Below are positions 16,568 to 26,614 of a stretch of 48,321 nucleotides of DNA, piece after piece. This DNA is from a virus. Location: positions 1 to 48,321 of the IMG/VR virus record IMGVR_UViG_3300002460_000006. One strand, given 5' to 3'. Both the position numbers and the translations under genes were made by a program. The notes under the pieces are model-generated. The model saw only the letters and a list, made by a program, of their open reading frames with translations. It was not told the origin of the DNA and did no database searches. Each line of letters opens with the position of its first letter. Positions within the stretch are counted from its first letter, which is position 1.

Positions 16568-18526
16568 TCAAAGTTCCTTCCCCTCAAGATCAGTAATAAC
16601 ATAGGCCTTTTCACGGACGGAAAGGTCAGGATTATCTACCAATTTTATCCTCTCGCCCATGTGGCCACCAAACACCAAACTAGACAGTGATCGTTTAATT
16701 CTCGCTTCACTGATGGGCTCACTTGAAGTCATAAAATTATTAGCAATTACATTTTTGTCAGGATATTTATCGTTTCTACGACACTCTTTGATGAAGTTGA
16801 AAATTCTCTCAGCATCACTAAGTTTGGAGTTCATTTCGTTCTCTTTTACTGGACTTAATGTTTTTCGAGTGAACAGGTAACCGGACCGGACTATGATAAA
16901 TTGCTTATTCAGTAGCGACGAACCGTCGGAGAACTTATTCACGTTGCAAACCATAGCCGTATCATCGCCTTCCAAGTCTTCCCCTGTCAGGTCGCGGTAT
17001 TCAGTAGCGTCAATAGACCTTAACACTCGCGACACCCTCGAGTTGGACGGCAGTCCCGTACCACCTCGACCAGCATACTGAGACATATCCTTGTTGGTAG
17101 ATGAGGACTTACCAATGTGGTTGACCATCTCCACACAAGCTCCTGATTTTTCTACTAGTTCTGACATGAACTTAGTGACAGCCTTACCCATATCGTTCAA
17201 AGATTGCTCACTTCCCCAAAAACTGGCTATTGGGTCAAAGACGATCATTTGAGGTTTGAAGTCATCAACGGCCTGCATGAGCTTGGTGAGAGCGTTGTTA
17301 TTAGGTGTAAGAAAGCCGTCCTTAGACTTGGATATGAGGCACAGGTCCGAGTCTTTTTTGATGAGAATGGACTTTAAAATAGTGTTGATTTTCTCGTCGT
17401 TTCCGATAGCTTCCTCGAAAAGTCCCATTTGTCTACAGATTGCGCCGATCATCGCGGCAAGCTTCTTGTCGGTGTCTTCGCCTGTAATGAACAGAGTTTT
17501 GCCACCCGGTGCTTTGCAGTCAAACCCAAGAAAGCGATCTCCTAGGGCCAAACAGATAGCTTCATAGAGCTTTAACGTGGTCTTCCCAGTACCACCGTCG
17601 GCGGACGTGATTTGGATGTCAGTGGTGGACCAGTCTTTAAAGAGTTGAGGTTTGCGTAGCTTACTCATGTTCATGAGATCGTATTTGGTGAAAAAGGCAG
17701 GTGTCCAGCGATCAGGTGTCTTAGGTACCTCAGGGATGTCAAAAGCCAATACAGGGGGACTTGCCGCAAACGGACAGGTCATAGGGTTTTTCACACCACC
17801 GTCAAGACCTGACTTTATGGTGGCTTTGGCCTCATAGTCTGGCTTTCCGCGATCTTTTGCTGCTTTGAAGAGTTCTTGCTCTGCAAACTCTCTAGACAAT
17901 ACGCTAGAGCCAAGCAACTGTCCGACTTTGAAGCATTCCGTATTGAGTACATTGTTAGACTCCCCGGAGGGTGCGTGTCGTACTCTTTCCAAGCATTCGT
18001 TAAAGATAGCTTCAGCGATTTCAGGAGAGACTGTAACTGTTGAGACACCCGTTTCTGGACCTTGAGGTTTGCTGATGAGATCAAGCAACCATTGCGGTGT
18101 CTCAAGGATAGGTTTATTAGGGTCAGTCCACCCATAGAAGGCAATCCAACCGCCTTCAGCGCGAATGTCGAGACCGGGTAGAAAACCCACCTTTTGACCA
18201 TAATGTTTACCGTCTTTAGGGTATTTGAAAACAAAGTGAGCCCCTCCGTTAAGAGTTTTTTGCTGAAGTGTATCCGGTATCTGAAGTCCATGCTTGGCAA
18301 TCGTACCCCAACCGTCACTTTTAATGTCGACATCAAGGACTAATATATCGTTCCCTTTACCTGTAGGTATACCATAAAAATTGATAGTGGAACCGAATTG
18401 CTTTTGCCACGCGGTTAACTGTGAAGGGTCGTTGGATGCGTTTTGCTCATACTTCCAACCGTTGATGAGAGGTACTTTTTGAGCATCGGGGGTTAGCCAT
18501 GCAGGGAAGATTTTGAAGTTAGTCAT
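16568..18526 (-). CDS. Bifunctional Prim-Pol primase / P-loop replicative helicase (P4 alpha-like architecture).
   Basis: The N-terminus ..KVPLINGWKYEQN...FYGIPTGKGNDILVLDVDIK has a Prim-Pol-like DxD. The central Walker A is SADGGTGKTT, followed by MIVFDP (Walker B-like). Confidence 0.8.
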   Translation of the reverse strand: MTNFKIFPAWLTPDAQKVPLINGWKYEQNASNDPSQLTAWQKQFGSTINFYGIPTGKGNDILVLDVDIKSDGWGTIAKHGLQIPDTLQQKTLNGGAHFVFKYPKDGKHYGQKVGFLPGLDIRAEGGWIAFYGWTDPNKPILETPQWLLDLISKPQGPETGVSTVTVSPEIAEAIFNECLERVRHAPSGESNNVLNTECFKVGQLLGSSVLSREFAEQELFKAAKDRGKPDYEAKATIKSGLDGGVKNPMTCPFAASPPVLAFDIPEVPKTPDRWTPAFFTKYDLMNMSKLRKPQLFKDWSTTDIQITSADGGTGKTTLKLYEAICLALGDRFLGFDCKAPGGKTLFITGEDTDKKLAAMIGAICRQMGLFEEAIGNDEKINTILKSILIKKDSDLCLISKSKDGFLTPNNNALTKLMQAVDDFKPQMIVFDPIASFWGSEQSLNDMGKAVTKFMSELVEKSGACVEMVNHIGKSSSTNKDMSQYAGRGGTGLPSNSRVSRVLRSIDATEYRDLTGEDLEGDDTAMVCNVNKFSDGSSLLNKQFIIVRSGYLFTRKTLSPVKENEMNSKLSDAERIFNFIKECRRNDKYPDKNVIANNFMTSSEPISEARIKRSLSSLVFGGHMGERIKLVDNPDLSVREKAYVITDLEGKEL

Positions 18527-18562
18527 AAGGTGCCGTCTCTTGATTCCGTCATGTTGTAAGGA

Positions 18563-18624
18563 TACTTGGGGTGAGTGACGGACTCGGCTTTAAGTGAGCT
18601 ACACTCAAGCGGCTACCCCAAGTA
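18563..18624 (-). other. Stem-loop between the HNH gene and the primase gene.
   Basis: 10-bp outer stem tacttggggt / accccaagta, with inner GAGTG/CACTC pairing. Confidence 0.4.
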
Positions 18625-18675
18625 AAAGATTATTTTCCAATTAAACGCTTGAAACTTTCAAGACTATTCGCAGTG

Positions 18676-19179
18676 TCACACCAAGCCATGGTTAATGAGA
18701 GCCTGACCGTACATCAAGTGAGCTTCCAACTCTGTTGCGTAACTCCCTAGGTGTATCTTTTTACCGTTTACTGTGATTTCGCTTCGCCAAGTCCCGTGGT
18801 AATTACTCCACCATGCTCCCACTAATTTACCGTTCCTATGTACTTTTCTGTTTTGAGAGTTTTTTCGATTGCTTACAGATCTTAGATTGTCGAACTTATT
18901 GTTTAACCCATTGCCGTCAATGTGATCTATTACTTCAGCCCACTCGTCTGTCTCCAAGAACCAAATGATTTTATGGAGATAGTAATAAACCCTATTGATT
19001 CCGACACCGACATATTTAACAGGGTCCGTTCTTCTCTCATCTATCCATATAGATCCTGCCACTCTACCTCTTAGGAACTCAGCATTGGCTGGTCGCCAAT
19101 GATTTTTCCAAATCAACACCCCTTGCTCACGATTGTAATCAAATAGGTTCAACAGATACTCTCTTGTTAAGTTTTCCAC
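18676..19179 (-). CDS. Free-standing HNH homing-type endonuclease with a C-terminal AP2-like DNA-binding domain.
   Basis: HIDGNGLNNKFDNLRSVSNRKNSQN is an HNH motif. WRSEITVNGKKIHLGSYATELEAHLMY is an AP2-like motif. My preferred start is GTG 19179, preceded by AAGGGAG. The track's start at 19302 would overlap the upstream gene by 136 nt. Confidence 0.8.
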   Translation of the reverse strand: MENLTREYLLNLFDYNREQGVLIWKNHWRPANAEFLRGRVAGSIWIDERRTDPVKYVGVGINRVYYYLHKIIWFLETDEWAEVIDHIDGNGLNNKFDNLRSVSNRKNSQNRKVHRNGKLVGAWWSNYHGTWRSEITVNGKKIHLGSYATELEAHLMYGQALINHGLV

Positions 19180-19562
19180 TTTAATATCTCCCTTTTGAAT
19201 TGATCTACCGAGTTGCAAAAGAAAGCAATGCCACCGCGCGCCCTTATCCAATTGATAAAGTTCAACTGTGCTTTTTCTCTTGCTACACCGGAGTATTTCC
19301 AATTTTCTTTCTTGACTTCAACGGCTACAAATACTCCGATTGTTCGACCTACCATATCAGCGGTTATGATCACAGGCATGCAAGTGATGAGGTCTGAGGA
19401 TTTGAAGTTCTCGTTTTGTTCCTTGGAGATATTGCCTAAGCCATACCTGACTACGCGTCCCTCTTTGTCTTCCAGTGCCCCTGAATTGTTTCGAAGTAGG
19501 AAACAATTATGTTTTGGTCCTTCGATTTGGATGAGTTGTTGGATCTCTGATTCAAGCATCAT
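19167..19562 (-). CDS. VRR-NUC-type nuclease.
   Basis: 131 aa. Motifs ..SSDLI.. and GVFVAVEVKKENWK (D...ExK). The start overlaps the helicase stop (ATGA). Confidence 0.55.
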   Translation of the reverse strand: MMLESEIQQLIQIEGPKHNCFLLRNNSGALEDKEGRVVRYGLGNISKEQNENFKSSDLITCMPVIITADMVGRTIGVFVAVEVKKENWKYSGVAREKAQLNFINWIRARGGIAFFCNSVDQFKREILKWKT

Positions 19563-21226
19563 TCTACATCCCCTTGTAATTCATTAGTGGTCTCCACCAT
19601 GTCGACTCTAGGTTCACTCAAAGCCTGAGTGATTGTCTTTTCAAATTTCATATAAAAATATTTGTGGATGCTTCGATCACTGTACCCGTGAGAGCGAAGT
19701 TTACCTGCCCACAGCGCAATTGTCTCGACCAATTTCTTTTGGGTCTCGATGCGCTCTCGTTGTTTTGCCATAGCTCCAAGTCCCGCCGCTGTACCGGCTA
19801 CCATGCTCACCCTCTGAGCGACTATGGCAGGGTCGTCTAGAACGGTTTCCGCTTCCATTTCTCTAATCGTATCGGGGTCAAGAAGCATGAGATCTCCGTC
19901 CACTTGAGCAAGCGATAATCTTCCTCCACCTTCGCTCTTTGTAGGTGCATCTTTGTAGCCACAATATGGACACTCGGTGAGGACTCTATCGAAAACTGCG
20001 TTACAATCCCAATTCTTGCATATTCTAATTAGGTTGGTTTTGTCTCGACGTCTGATGATTCTATCAAGGGTCCACTTACGTCTAGCGTCTGGGAGTCCGT
20101 GTTCTTTGATATTACCAACATGATCAATAAGGATTAAACGATCTTTACCCGGTGCGGGTCTGAGTCCTCTCCCACAACTTTGCAAAAACTTAGTGAGGGA
20201 CTTGGTTGGTCTACCAAAAATTACAACTTCAATACCGGGCACATCTAACCCTTCGTCGAATAAATCCACATTGAGAAGGACTCTTATTTTTTTGTCTCGG
20301 TAGTCTAGAAGTGCCTTACGTCGCTCTTCGTCCGGTGTATTGCCTGTCAGGAGTTTTGCTGAAATATTATGTTTCAGAAACTCGGCTTCGATTTTACTAC
20401 CCGATGTTATGCTGTCCGTAAAGACGATGGCTTGCTTCCCGGCGGCGAATTTTTTATAATTCTCGACGATATCACCAACGATATGGGACTTAAGAGTCGC
20501 CTCACTCATGGCTTTGGTGGAATAGTCTGAACCCTCAGACGCTTCCTTTAAGTGTTCGCGATAATCAGACTTAGGAACTACTACGAAATATTTGCACAGG
20601 TGACCTTTGTCGATCATCCACTTACTGGTCGGTCCTTGTACCATGACCTCAAAGAGGCCATCGGCGTGACTTCCAAGTCCTCGCTTATCTAATCGCTGAG
20701 GTGTTGCAGTAACACCAAGACCAATCGCATTGGGGAAGAACTGTAAAGCCTTGCCCCATTTATTGGCTTTCAAAACGTGAGCCGCTTCGTCTACAATCCA
20801 AAATTTAATTGTCTTGGCCCATTCCTGGTGTTTTTCAAATCTAGAATTGAGTGTATCGACTGAGATGACTGTGACGGGTGCTTTATAGTCGTAAAATTGC
20901 TTTTTGTACTCTCGTCTTTGTGCCGCGATTATACCTCTGATCACAGGTTGAGGGACTATGAGGTTATGTACGACACCGGCCCTAGCAAGCGTTAATGATA
21001 TCTGCTCCACTAGTTCCTTCCTGTGCACACAGATTACAGTGGGGAACCTAGGACCGCTAGGGTCCAAAGCCATCTCTAAAGCGATAGAGCTGAACGTGAC
21101 TGTTTTACCTGAACCTGTAGGCATCACCGCTAAAACAGTTTTAGCCCCTTCGTTCCAAGCTTTATAAATATTGGCTTTCAACGTGACTTGATAATCTCTT
21201 AGTTTAAATGACATGACGGGGATCAT
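19559..21226 (-). CDS. Superfamily-2 DNA helicase (DEAH-box, ResIII-like).
   Basis: LRDYQ, MPTGSGKT (Walker A), VDEAAH (Walker B) and QSCGRGLR (motif VI). Confidence 0.9.
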   Translation of the reverse strand: MIPVMSFKLRDYQVTLKANIYKAWNEGAKTVLAVMPTGSGKTVTFSSIALEMALDPSGPRFPTVICVHRKELVEQISLTLARAGVVHNLIVPQPVIRGIIAAQRREYKKQFYDYKAPVTVISVDTLNSRFEKHQEWAKTIKFWIVDEAAHVLKANKWGKALQFFPNAIGLGVTATPQRLDKRGLGSHADGLFEVMVQGPTSKWMIDKGHLCKYFVVVPKSDYREHLKEASEGSDYSTKAMSEATLKSHIVGDIVENYKKFAAGKQAIVFTDSITSGSKIEAEFLKHNISAKLLTGNTPDEERRKALLDYRDKKIRVLLNVDLFDEGLDVPGIEVVIFGRPTKSLTKFLQSCGRGLRPAPGKDRLILIDHVGNIKEHGLPDARRKWTLDRIIRRRDKTNLIRICKNWDCNAVFDRVLTECPYCGYKDAPTKSEGGGRLSLAQVDGDLMLLDPDTIREMEAETVLDDPAIVAQRVSMVAGTAAGLGAMAKQRERIETQKKLVETIALWAGKLRSHGYSDRSIHKYFYMKFEKTITQALSEPRVDMVETTNELQGDVE

Positions 21227-21344
21227 TTCTTTGACGCAAGATAGTTGTCACGCTTTGACTCATCGTTTACATTATTTATTTATTTTCTTGCAAAATGATT
21301 TGGGGGTGGATTAGCGTGTTTTTCACCAAAAGGAGACAACTATC

Positions 21345-22283
21345 ATGTCAGATTATCCAAAGTTTAAAATGATGATACAGGCCGAAACGGCCAAAGAATT
21401 TAGAAGTAAAATCTTGGAGCTTGCCGAGAGTTACACAGGTGTCCAGACCAATGAGAGTCCATCGGTGGATATCGTTAGTCCACGTAGATTGAAATCGGTC
21501 GAGGACGAGGACGTGGTCGCGAGAGCTCTTGCTAAGATCGCAGTACCTACTATGTACGGTACGATGGCACCTACTGGCACCGAGATGCGAGAAGGAGAGT
21601 TAACGCCTCATCAACAGCAGGTTAGTGACACAATCTCAGCTCAGACAGGTAACGTCATCGCCGACGGCAAAGAGTGGAGAAAGGTACCTGGAACAAACGG
21701 TTACGAAGGTGTACCTTTGAAATCCGGTCCACCTGTTGACATGCTTGCCCCCGGTTCAAGTGATGGTCCGGTGAACTCAGATCTTGATTCTGAAGGAAAC
21801 CCTTACGATATTCGCATCCATTCAGCCAACCGTGCGGTTACCACCAAAGGGACTTGGAAATATAAACGTGGAACCCCTGATGCGTTCATTGAGCAAGTGG
21901 AAGCAGAACTTCGTCACCGTAAGTCGACGCACGGAGTACTTGGTGCGGTTGCACCGGCCCCTCTCCCTTCCGTACCTGAAGCTAAAGTGAAGGTGGAGAT
22001 GCCTAACTTCGGACCTACAGCGCCGGTTGTCTCGACACCAGTGTCAATCCCTACACCCTCTCAACCTGTTCAAAATGGGGTCTACGACCTTAAGAGTTTC
22101 AGAGAACAGTTACCGAACATTTTGATGACACTCATTAACAGCAAAAAGATTGATGAAAATTATATTCAGTCTTTGCGTAACTACTTCGGTGTTAATGAAA
22201 TTTGGATGATCGCCAAAGATGAAGCTAAGTCTAAAGAACTTTTCGACAACTTCGTATCTTATGGTCTAGTGACAAGGGTGTAA
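21345..22283 (+). CDS. Hypothetical protein (replication-module partner, Pro-rich middle).
   Basis: 312-aa ORF with AAGGAGA RBS. Confidence 0.65.
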   Translation: MSDYPKFKMMIQAETAKEFRSKILELAESYTGVQTNESPSVDIVSPRRLKSVEDEDVVARALAKIAVPTMYGTMAPTGTEMREGELTPHQQQVSDTISAQTGNVIADGKEWRKVPGTNGYEGVPLKSGPPVDMLAPGSSDGPVNSDLDSEGNPYDIRIHSANRAVTTKGTWKYKRGTPDAFIEQVEAELRHRKSTHGVLGAVAPAPLPSVPEAKVKVEMPNFGPTAPVVSTPVSIPTPSQPVQNGVYDLKSFREQLPNILMTLINSKKIDENYIQSLRNYFGVNEIWMIAKDEAKSKELFDNFVSYGLVTRV

Positions 22284-22284
22284 C

Positions 22285-23385
22285 GTGATCGAACTAAGAG
22301 CGTCGGGTTTATCCCGAGTCATGAAGTGTGCGGGGTCTATAAGTTTTATAGACCTTCCAGAATATGAATCTGGAGTACCCGCTCAAGAAGGTACTGCCGC
22401 AGGGGAGCTTCTTCAGGCCATGCTTGAACAAAGAAACCTCGCGCCGGTCGTAGGTACTCACGCTAAAAACGGGTTCCCTTTCGATGCCGATATGAAATTT
22501 CATGTCACACCTATCGCTGAGGATATTCTCACTCGTGCTAGCGGTGGGGTCTTATGTGAGACTGAGGTGACTATATACAGCACGAATGCTGTGGTTAAAG
22601 GACATTCGGATGCCAATTTCGTGAGTGATGGTAAGTTGTACGTCGATGACCTGAAATACGGTTGGAAGATTGTCGAAGTTAAAGAAAATTGGCAGCTTTT
22701 AGCCTATGCTATCGGTGAGGTGATTCGTCGCCAACAAGTGTTCGACACTATCGTGTTGCGAATCCACCAACCTAGGCAACATCACGAAGACGGTTCAACA
22801 AGAACGTGGGAGTTATCCTATAATGAGTTGATGAGCTACTATGACAAACTCTTAGCTCGACTTGAGGTGTTGGCTTCGGGTAGTAAAGAGCTAGTTACAG
22901 GTCCGCATTGTAAGTATTGCCCAGCGGCGGGACACGCGTGCCCAGCGTTTAATCGCGCATACCACTCGGCTTTAGATTACGTGATGAGCGATTTCAAGCA
23001 AGACGATATCACGGAAGAAACCCTGGCGTTTCAACTTAATCAATTGGATAGGGCCAATGACATCTTAAAAATTAAGAAAGACTCTCTGTCTGACCTGGCT
23101 AACTACCGTATTAAAGGTGGTTCAATTATTCCAGGTTGGATGAGCCAAGAGAGTTTTGGTCATCGTAAGTGGAAACCCGGTGTTACACCTGAGGTTATTA
23201 AAATGTTGACTGGGAAAAACATCATAAAAGAAGAGATGTTAAGCCCGGCTCAAGCCGAGAAGTTGGGAGTCCCCAAGGATCTCGTGAAGAATTATTCAGA
23301 GAGTTATTTTGCCGGTATGAAACTGGTCAAAGGTGATAGCGGTAAATTGGCCGATAAAATATTTAACAACAAGGAGAAATCATGA
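22285..23385 (+). CDS. PD-(D/E)xK nuclease with a C-terminal Cys cluster (DUF2800/Cas4-like pattern).
   Basis: GHSDANFV...YVDDLKYGWKIVEVKENWQLLAYAIG, and CKYCPAAGHACPAF. Confidence 0.75.
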   Translation: MIELRASGLSRVMKCAGSISFIDLPEYESGVPAQEGTAAGELLQAMLEQRNLAPVVGTHAKNGFPFDADMKFHVTPIAEDILTRASGGVLCETEVTIYSTNAVVKGHSDANFVSDGKLYVDDLKYGWKIVEVKENWQLLAYAIGEVIRRQQVFDTIVLRIHQPRQHHEDGSTRTWELSYNELMSYYDKLLARLEVLASGSKELVTGPHCKYCPAAGHACPAFNRAYHSALDYVMSDFKQDDITEETLAFQLNQLDRANDILKIKKDSLSDLANYRIKGGSIIPGWMSQESFGHRKWKPGVTPEVIKMLTGKNIIKEEMLSPAQAEKLGVPKDLVKNYSESYFAGMKLVKGDSGKLADKIFNNKEKS

Positions 23386-24389
23386 GTCAAACGAGTGCCG
23401 GAAGACGGCTAATGTTACAAGGTCGCATCGTGTGGACCAGTGGGGATCTGTTTAAGGGTAAAGTCCAGACTGACGATAACGGTCGCCCTAAAACGAACGA
23501 TAAAGGTGAACAGTCCATCGTGTACGGGTTTGGTTTGGCCGTACCAAAGTCGGTGTTGACTCAGGTGGCTCCGGGACAACCTGGAGAAATTTGGTCAGCT
23601 ATTCACGAAGAGACTTATCTTTTGTACCCTTCGCGCCAATTGCCCCCGGATTACGCGTGGAAGTATAAAGACGGAGACAGCGTTGATCACAACGGTGAGC
23701 AGTTCTCAAATCGTGAGGGTTATCCTGGTTGCCTAGTTTTCGCCTGTACTACGATGATTCCCATCAAGTACTTCCGTTATGAGAACAACCAGAACTTTCA
23801 AATCAACGAAGGTATCAAGTGTGGCGATTATGTAAACGTACAACTTGAGGTTAAAGCTCATGGTCCGGTAAATCGCGGTAAAGCGGGCTTATATATTAAT
23901 CCTGTCGCGGTGCAGTTCTTGGGTTACGGTAAAGAGATCGTAAATACGCCAAGTGGAAATCAGATTTTCGGTGCAGGTACCCCTCAGTTACCACCGGGTG
24001 CAAGTGCCACCCCTTTGGCTCCGACTGGCTTCCTGGTCCCTCAAGGTGCACAGGTAGCGCCTCAAGGGTTCTCCCCACAGGTAGCGCCTCAAGCACCTCC
24101 GGTGCAACCTCACTATGGAGTTATCCCTCCACAGATGCAGCAAGCAGGTGCCCCTATTGCGGCGGCTCCTGTTCCTGGTGGATACCCTACTCCGATGGGA
24201 CAAGGCTTTGCTCCGCCAATGCCTCAGACTGGTGCTCCACTTGCGGCGGTTCCTGGACAGCCTGCGACTGCATTCCCTTCTAGTCCCGCTCAATTCGGTC
24301 AGGTAGCTCAAGGTTTCCAGGGTGCACAACAACAAGCCCCTCCCCCAATGGCTCAAGTCCCTGGGTTCCCCGGCTACCCTCAACGGTAA
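23382..24389 (+). CDS. SSB-like protein (DUF2815-type N-terminal half) with a ~140-aa Pro/Gln/Ala-rich tail.
   Basis: Position between the nuclease and the polymerase. The N-terminus is LMLQGRIVWTSGDLFKG. The C-terminal half is low-complexity PQGAQVAPQGFSPQVAPQAPP... Confidence 0.5.
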   Translation: MSQTSAGRRLMLQGRIVWTSGDLFKGKVQTDDNGRPKTNDKGEQSIVYGFGLAVPKSVLTQVAPGQPGEIWSAIHEETYLLYPSRQLPPDYAWKYKDGDSVDHNGEQFSNREGYPGCLVFACTTMIPIKYFRYENNQNFQINEGIKCGDYVNVQLEVKAHGPVNRGKAGLYINPVAVQFLGYGKEIVNTPSGNQIFGAGTPQLPPGASATPLAPTGFLVPQGAQVAPQGFSPQVAPQAPPVQPHYGVIPPQMQQAGAPIAAAPVPGGYPTPMGQGFAPPMPQTGAPLAAVPGQPATAFPSSPAQFGQVAQGFQGAQQQAPPPMAQVPGFPGYPQR

Positions 24390-24408
24390 ATAGAAAGGCG
24401 TTAGGATA

Positions 24409-26373
24409 ATGGTACCTGTTAGATATTACATATATGACCTTGAGACCTACCCTAACGCCTTTCTTTGGTCGGGGAAGTTTGAAGACTCCCCCGATGTTCA
24501 AGTTTTTGAAATATCGTTCAGAAAAAATCAAAAAGCGGAGCTACTTCAGTGGCTCTCGTATTTGCAAAACTCGCTAGATGTTCTTATGGTTGGGTTTCGA
24601 AATATCCCTTTCGATTACCCGATCACTCATGATCTGTTAAATAATGTCCATACCTTCAGTGCCGCCTCTGCGTACCAACTTTGCATGAATATCATAAACG
24701 CGAGGAACGATTTCGAGCACCGGATTTCGCTGAAAGATCGCATCATCCCTCAAGTGGACTTGGCTTTGATTAATCATTTCGACTCTATGGTAAAAGCTAC
24801 GAGTCTTAAGGCCCTCCAATTTGCAATGCGCTCAGAGAGTGTCGAAGACCTTCCGTTTCCGGTTGGAATGGATCTCACAAGTGAACAAGTCGACGTACTG
24901 ATACACTACAATATTCACGACATCACCGAGACTGAGAAGTATTTGAAAAAGTGTAAGCACTTAATCGAGATGCGTCGAGAGTTGCAAGAGGACCGAGTGG
25001 TCGACGGTGACGTACTTAATTACAATGACGTCAAACTCGGCGAACACTACTTGATCAAAAAAATCGGTCGAAATAAATGCTTCAATGGTTCAAAAGCAAA
25101 GCAGACCATCCGGGAGTCGGTGACTTTAAAAGAGGTCATCCTTCCGAAAATTAATTTTAAAACCGAACCTTTTCAACGTGTACTTGATTGGTTTAATTCC
25201 CAGATTTTTTACATGAAGGGTGACTCTAAACCAAGTCTAGAGACTCCGTTAGCCGGGGTTAAATTTAAATTCGGTGCCGGTGGTGTACACGCGTCCGTTG
25301 AAAATAAAACTTTCAAGTCGAATGCGACTCATAAGATCATCGACATTGACGTATCTGGTATGTATGTGGCCGTAGCTATTCAAAACGGATTCCACCCAGA
25401 GCACTTAGGTGAAGACTTTGACGCGGCCTACACTCAACTTAAGAAAGATCGAGACGTGTACCCTAAAGGTACGTCTAGGAATAAAGTATTAAAACTCTCT
25501 GGTAACGGAGTCTACGGTAAGTCGAGCGATATTTGGTCTTGCTTTTATGATCCCAAATACACTTTCACCGTGACCTCTAACGGCCAACTGCAGTTGTTAC
25601 AGTTGGCTGAAGGCTTGGTTCGCATCCCTGGCTTGGAGCTTATTCAGGCCAATACAGACGGTATTACAGCATTAGTGCGAAGAGATACTGAACATTTCTT
25701 TAATCTTTGGAAATCGGATTGGGAGAGTTATACAGGTTTGCAGCTTGAACAAGTAGAGTATTCGGCGATGTGGATCAGGGACGTTAACAATTACCTCGCA
25801 AAAACCATAGACGGTAAAGTTAAACGTAAAGGGGACTATTGGTACCCTGAAAATGATTCGGACTACGAAGGTAACTGGAACAAAGACTTTTCCGCAATGA
25901 TTGTACCCAAAGTGACCGAGCAGGTGCTTGTGCACGATTGGAACCCTGACGCTCTTATCCGTTTGGCTTCTGATAAGTTTGACTTCATGCTTCGTTATAA
26001 AACTCCGTCGGGAGCTGTCGTTAAATTGGGCGATAAGGATTGCTCTAAAACTGTAAGATATTACGTCTCCACCAAGGGTGAGAAGATGGTGAAACACTCC
26101 AGACCTAAAGGGGTGATCGGGGATTACAAGCGCAAGAACGTAATCAGTGACAAGGAATTTTACGATATTCAATCAACCATCCCCGCCGGGTCTTGGGACT
26201 CTAGGATTCACACAAAAAATAAATCCAAGTATGAAGAAATTGAAACGAGTATTGAGAGCGGTTATCTTGTAAAGTGTTGCAACAAAGCTTCCGATTTTGA
26301 CTGGTCAGATGTTGACTACAGTTACTATCTGAAACGAGTGCAAAAACTTTTAATAGGAGATCAAGGTGTTTAG
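24409..26373 (+). CDS. DNA polymerase with an N-terminal 3'-5' exonuclease (divergent, family A-like motif order).
   Basis: Exo motifs YIYDLET, NIPFDYPI and YNIHDITETEKY. Polymerase motifs DIDVSGMY, RNKVLKLSGNGVYGKS and IQANTDGI. Confidence 0.8.
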   Translation: MVPVRYYIYDLETYPNAFLWSGKFEDSPDVQVFEISFRKNQKAELLQWLSYLQNSLDVLMVGFRNIPFDYPITHDLLNNVHTFSAASAYQLCMNIINARNDFEHRISLKDRIIPQVDLALINHFDSMVKATSLKALQFAMRSESVEDLPFPVGMDLTSEQVDVLIHYNIHDITETEKYLKKCKHLIEMRRELQEDRVVDGDVLNYNDVKLGEHYLIKKIGRNKCFNGSKAKQTIRESVTLKEVILPKINFKTEPFQRVLDWFNSQIFYMKGDSKPSLETPLAGVKFKFGAGGVHASVENKTFKSNATHKIIDIDVSGMYVAVAIQNGFHPEHLGEDFDAAYTQLKKDRDVYPKGTSRNKVLKLSGNGVYGKSSDIWSCFYDPKYTFTVTSNGQLQLLQLAEGLVRIPGLELIQANTDGITALVRRDTEHFFNLWKSDWESYTGLQLEQVEYSAMWIRDVNNYLAKTIDGKVKRKGDYWYPENDSDYEGNWNKDFSAMIVPKVTEQVLVHDWNPDALIRLASDKFDFMLRYKTPSGAVVKLGDKDCSKTVRYYVSTKGEKMVKHSRPKGVIGDYKRKNVISDKEFYDIQSTIPAGSWDSRIHTKNKSKYEEIETSIESGYLVKCCNKASDFDWSDVDYSYYLKRVQKLLIGDQGV

Positions 26374-26614
26374 TCCAACAGAAGAAAAGGTAATTAAGGC
26401 GATAACAAAACGGCATGTTAGTGTCCTTGAGGTGGCCAATCGAGTTTACAAAAACTCTGAGAAACCTTTGAACCCTCGAAACACTGTGGCCGGTATAATT
26501 CAGCGAGTGAATCGCAAGTGTCTTTATTACAAACTAGATTGGCACATTGCCGGTGAAGGTTTGGGTCGACACGGTAAGACGGTTTGGAAAGAATCATTAA
26601 AGGAGCAAAAATGA
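26366..26614 (+). CDS. Hypothetical small protein.
   Basis: 82-aa ORF with a GTG start after AGGAGA. Confidence 0.55.
   Translation: MFSPTEEKVIKAITKRHVSVLEVANRVYKNSEKPLNPRNTVAGIIQRVNRKCLYYKLDWHIAGEGLGRHGKTVWKESLKEQK

Noticed and set aside
17815-18336. 173-aa out-of-frame ORF within the primase-helicase gene, and a 166-aa antisense ORF in the polymerase gene (25672..26172).
   Set aside because: They are embedded in long ORFs that carry clear catalytic motifs. They have no RBS and atypical composition.
23988-24383. 131-aa antisense ORF and a 63-aa plus-strand alternative-frame ORF within the Pro/Gln-rich tail of the SSB-like gene.
   Set aside because: These are low-complexity frame artefacts with an Arg/Ser/Leu-rich nonsense composition.
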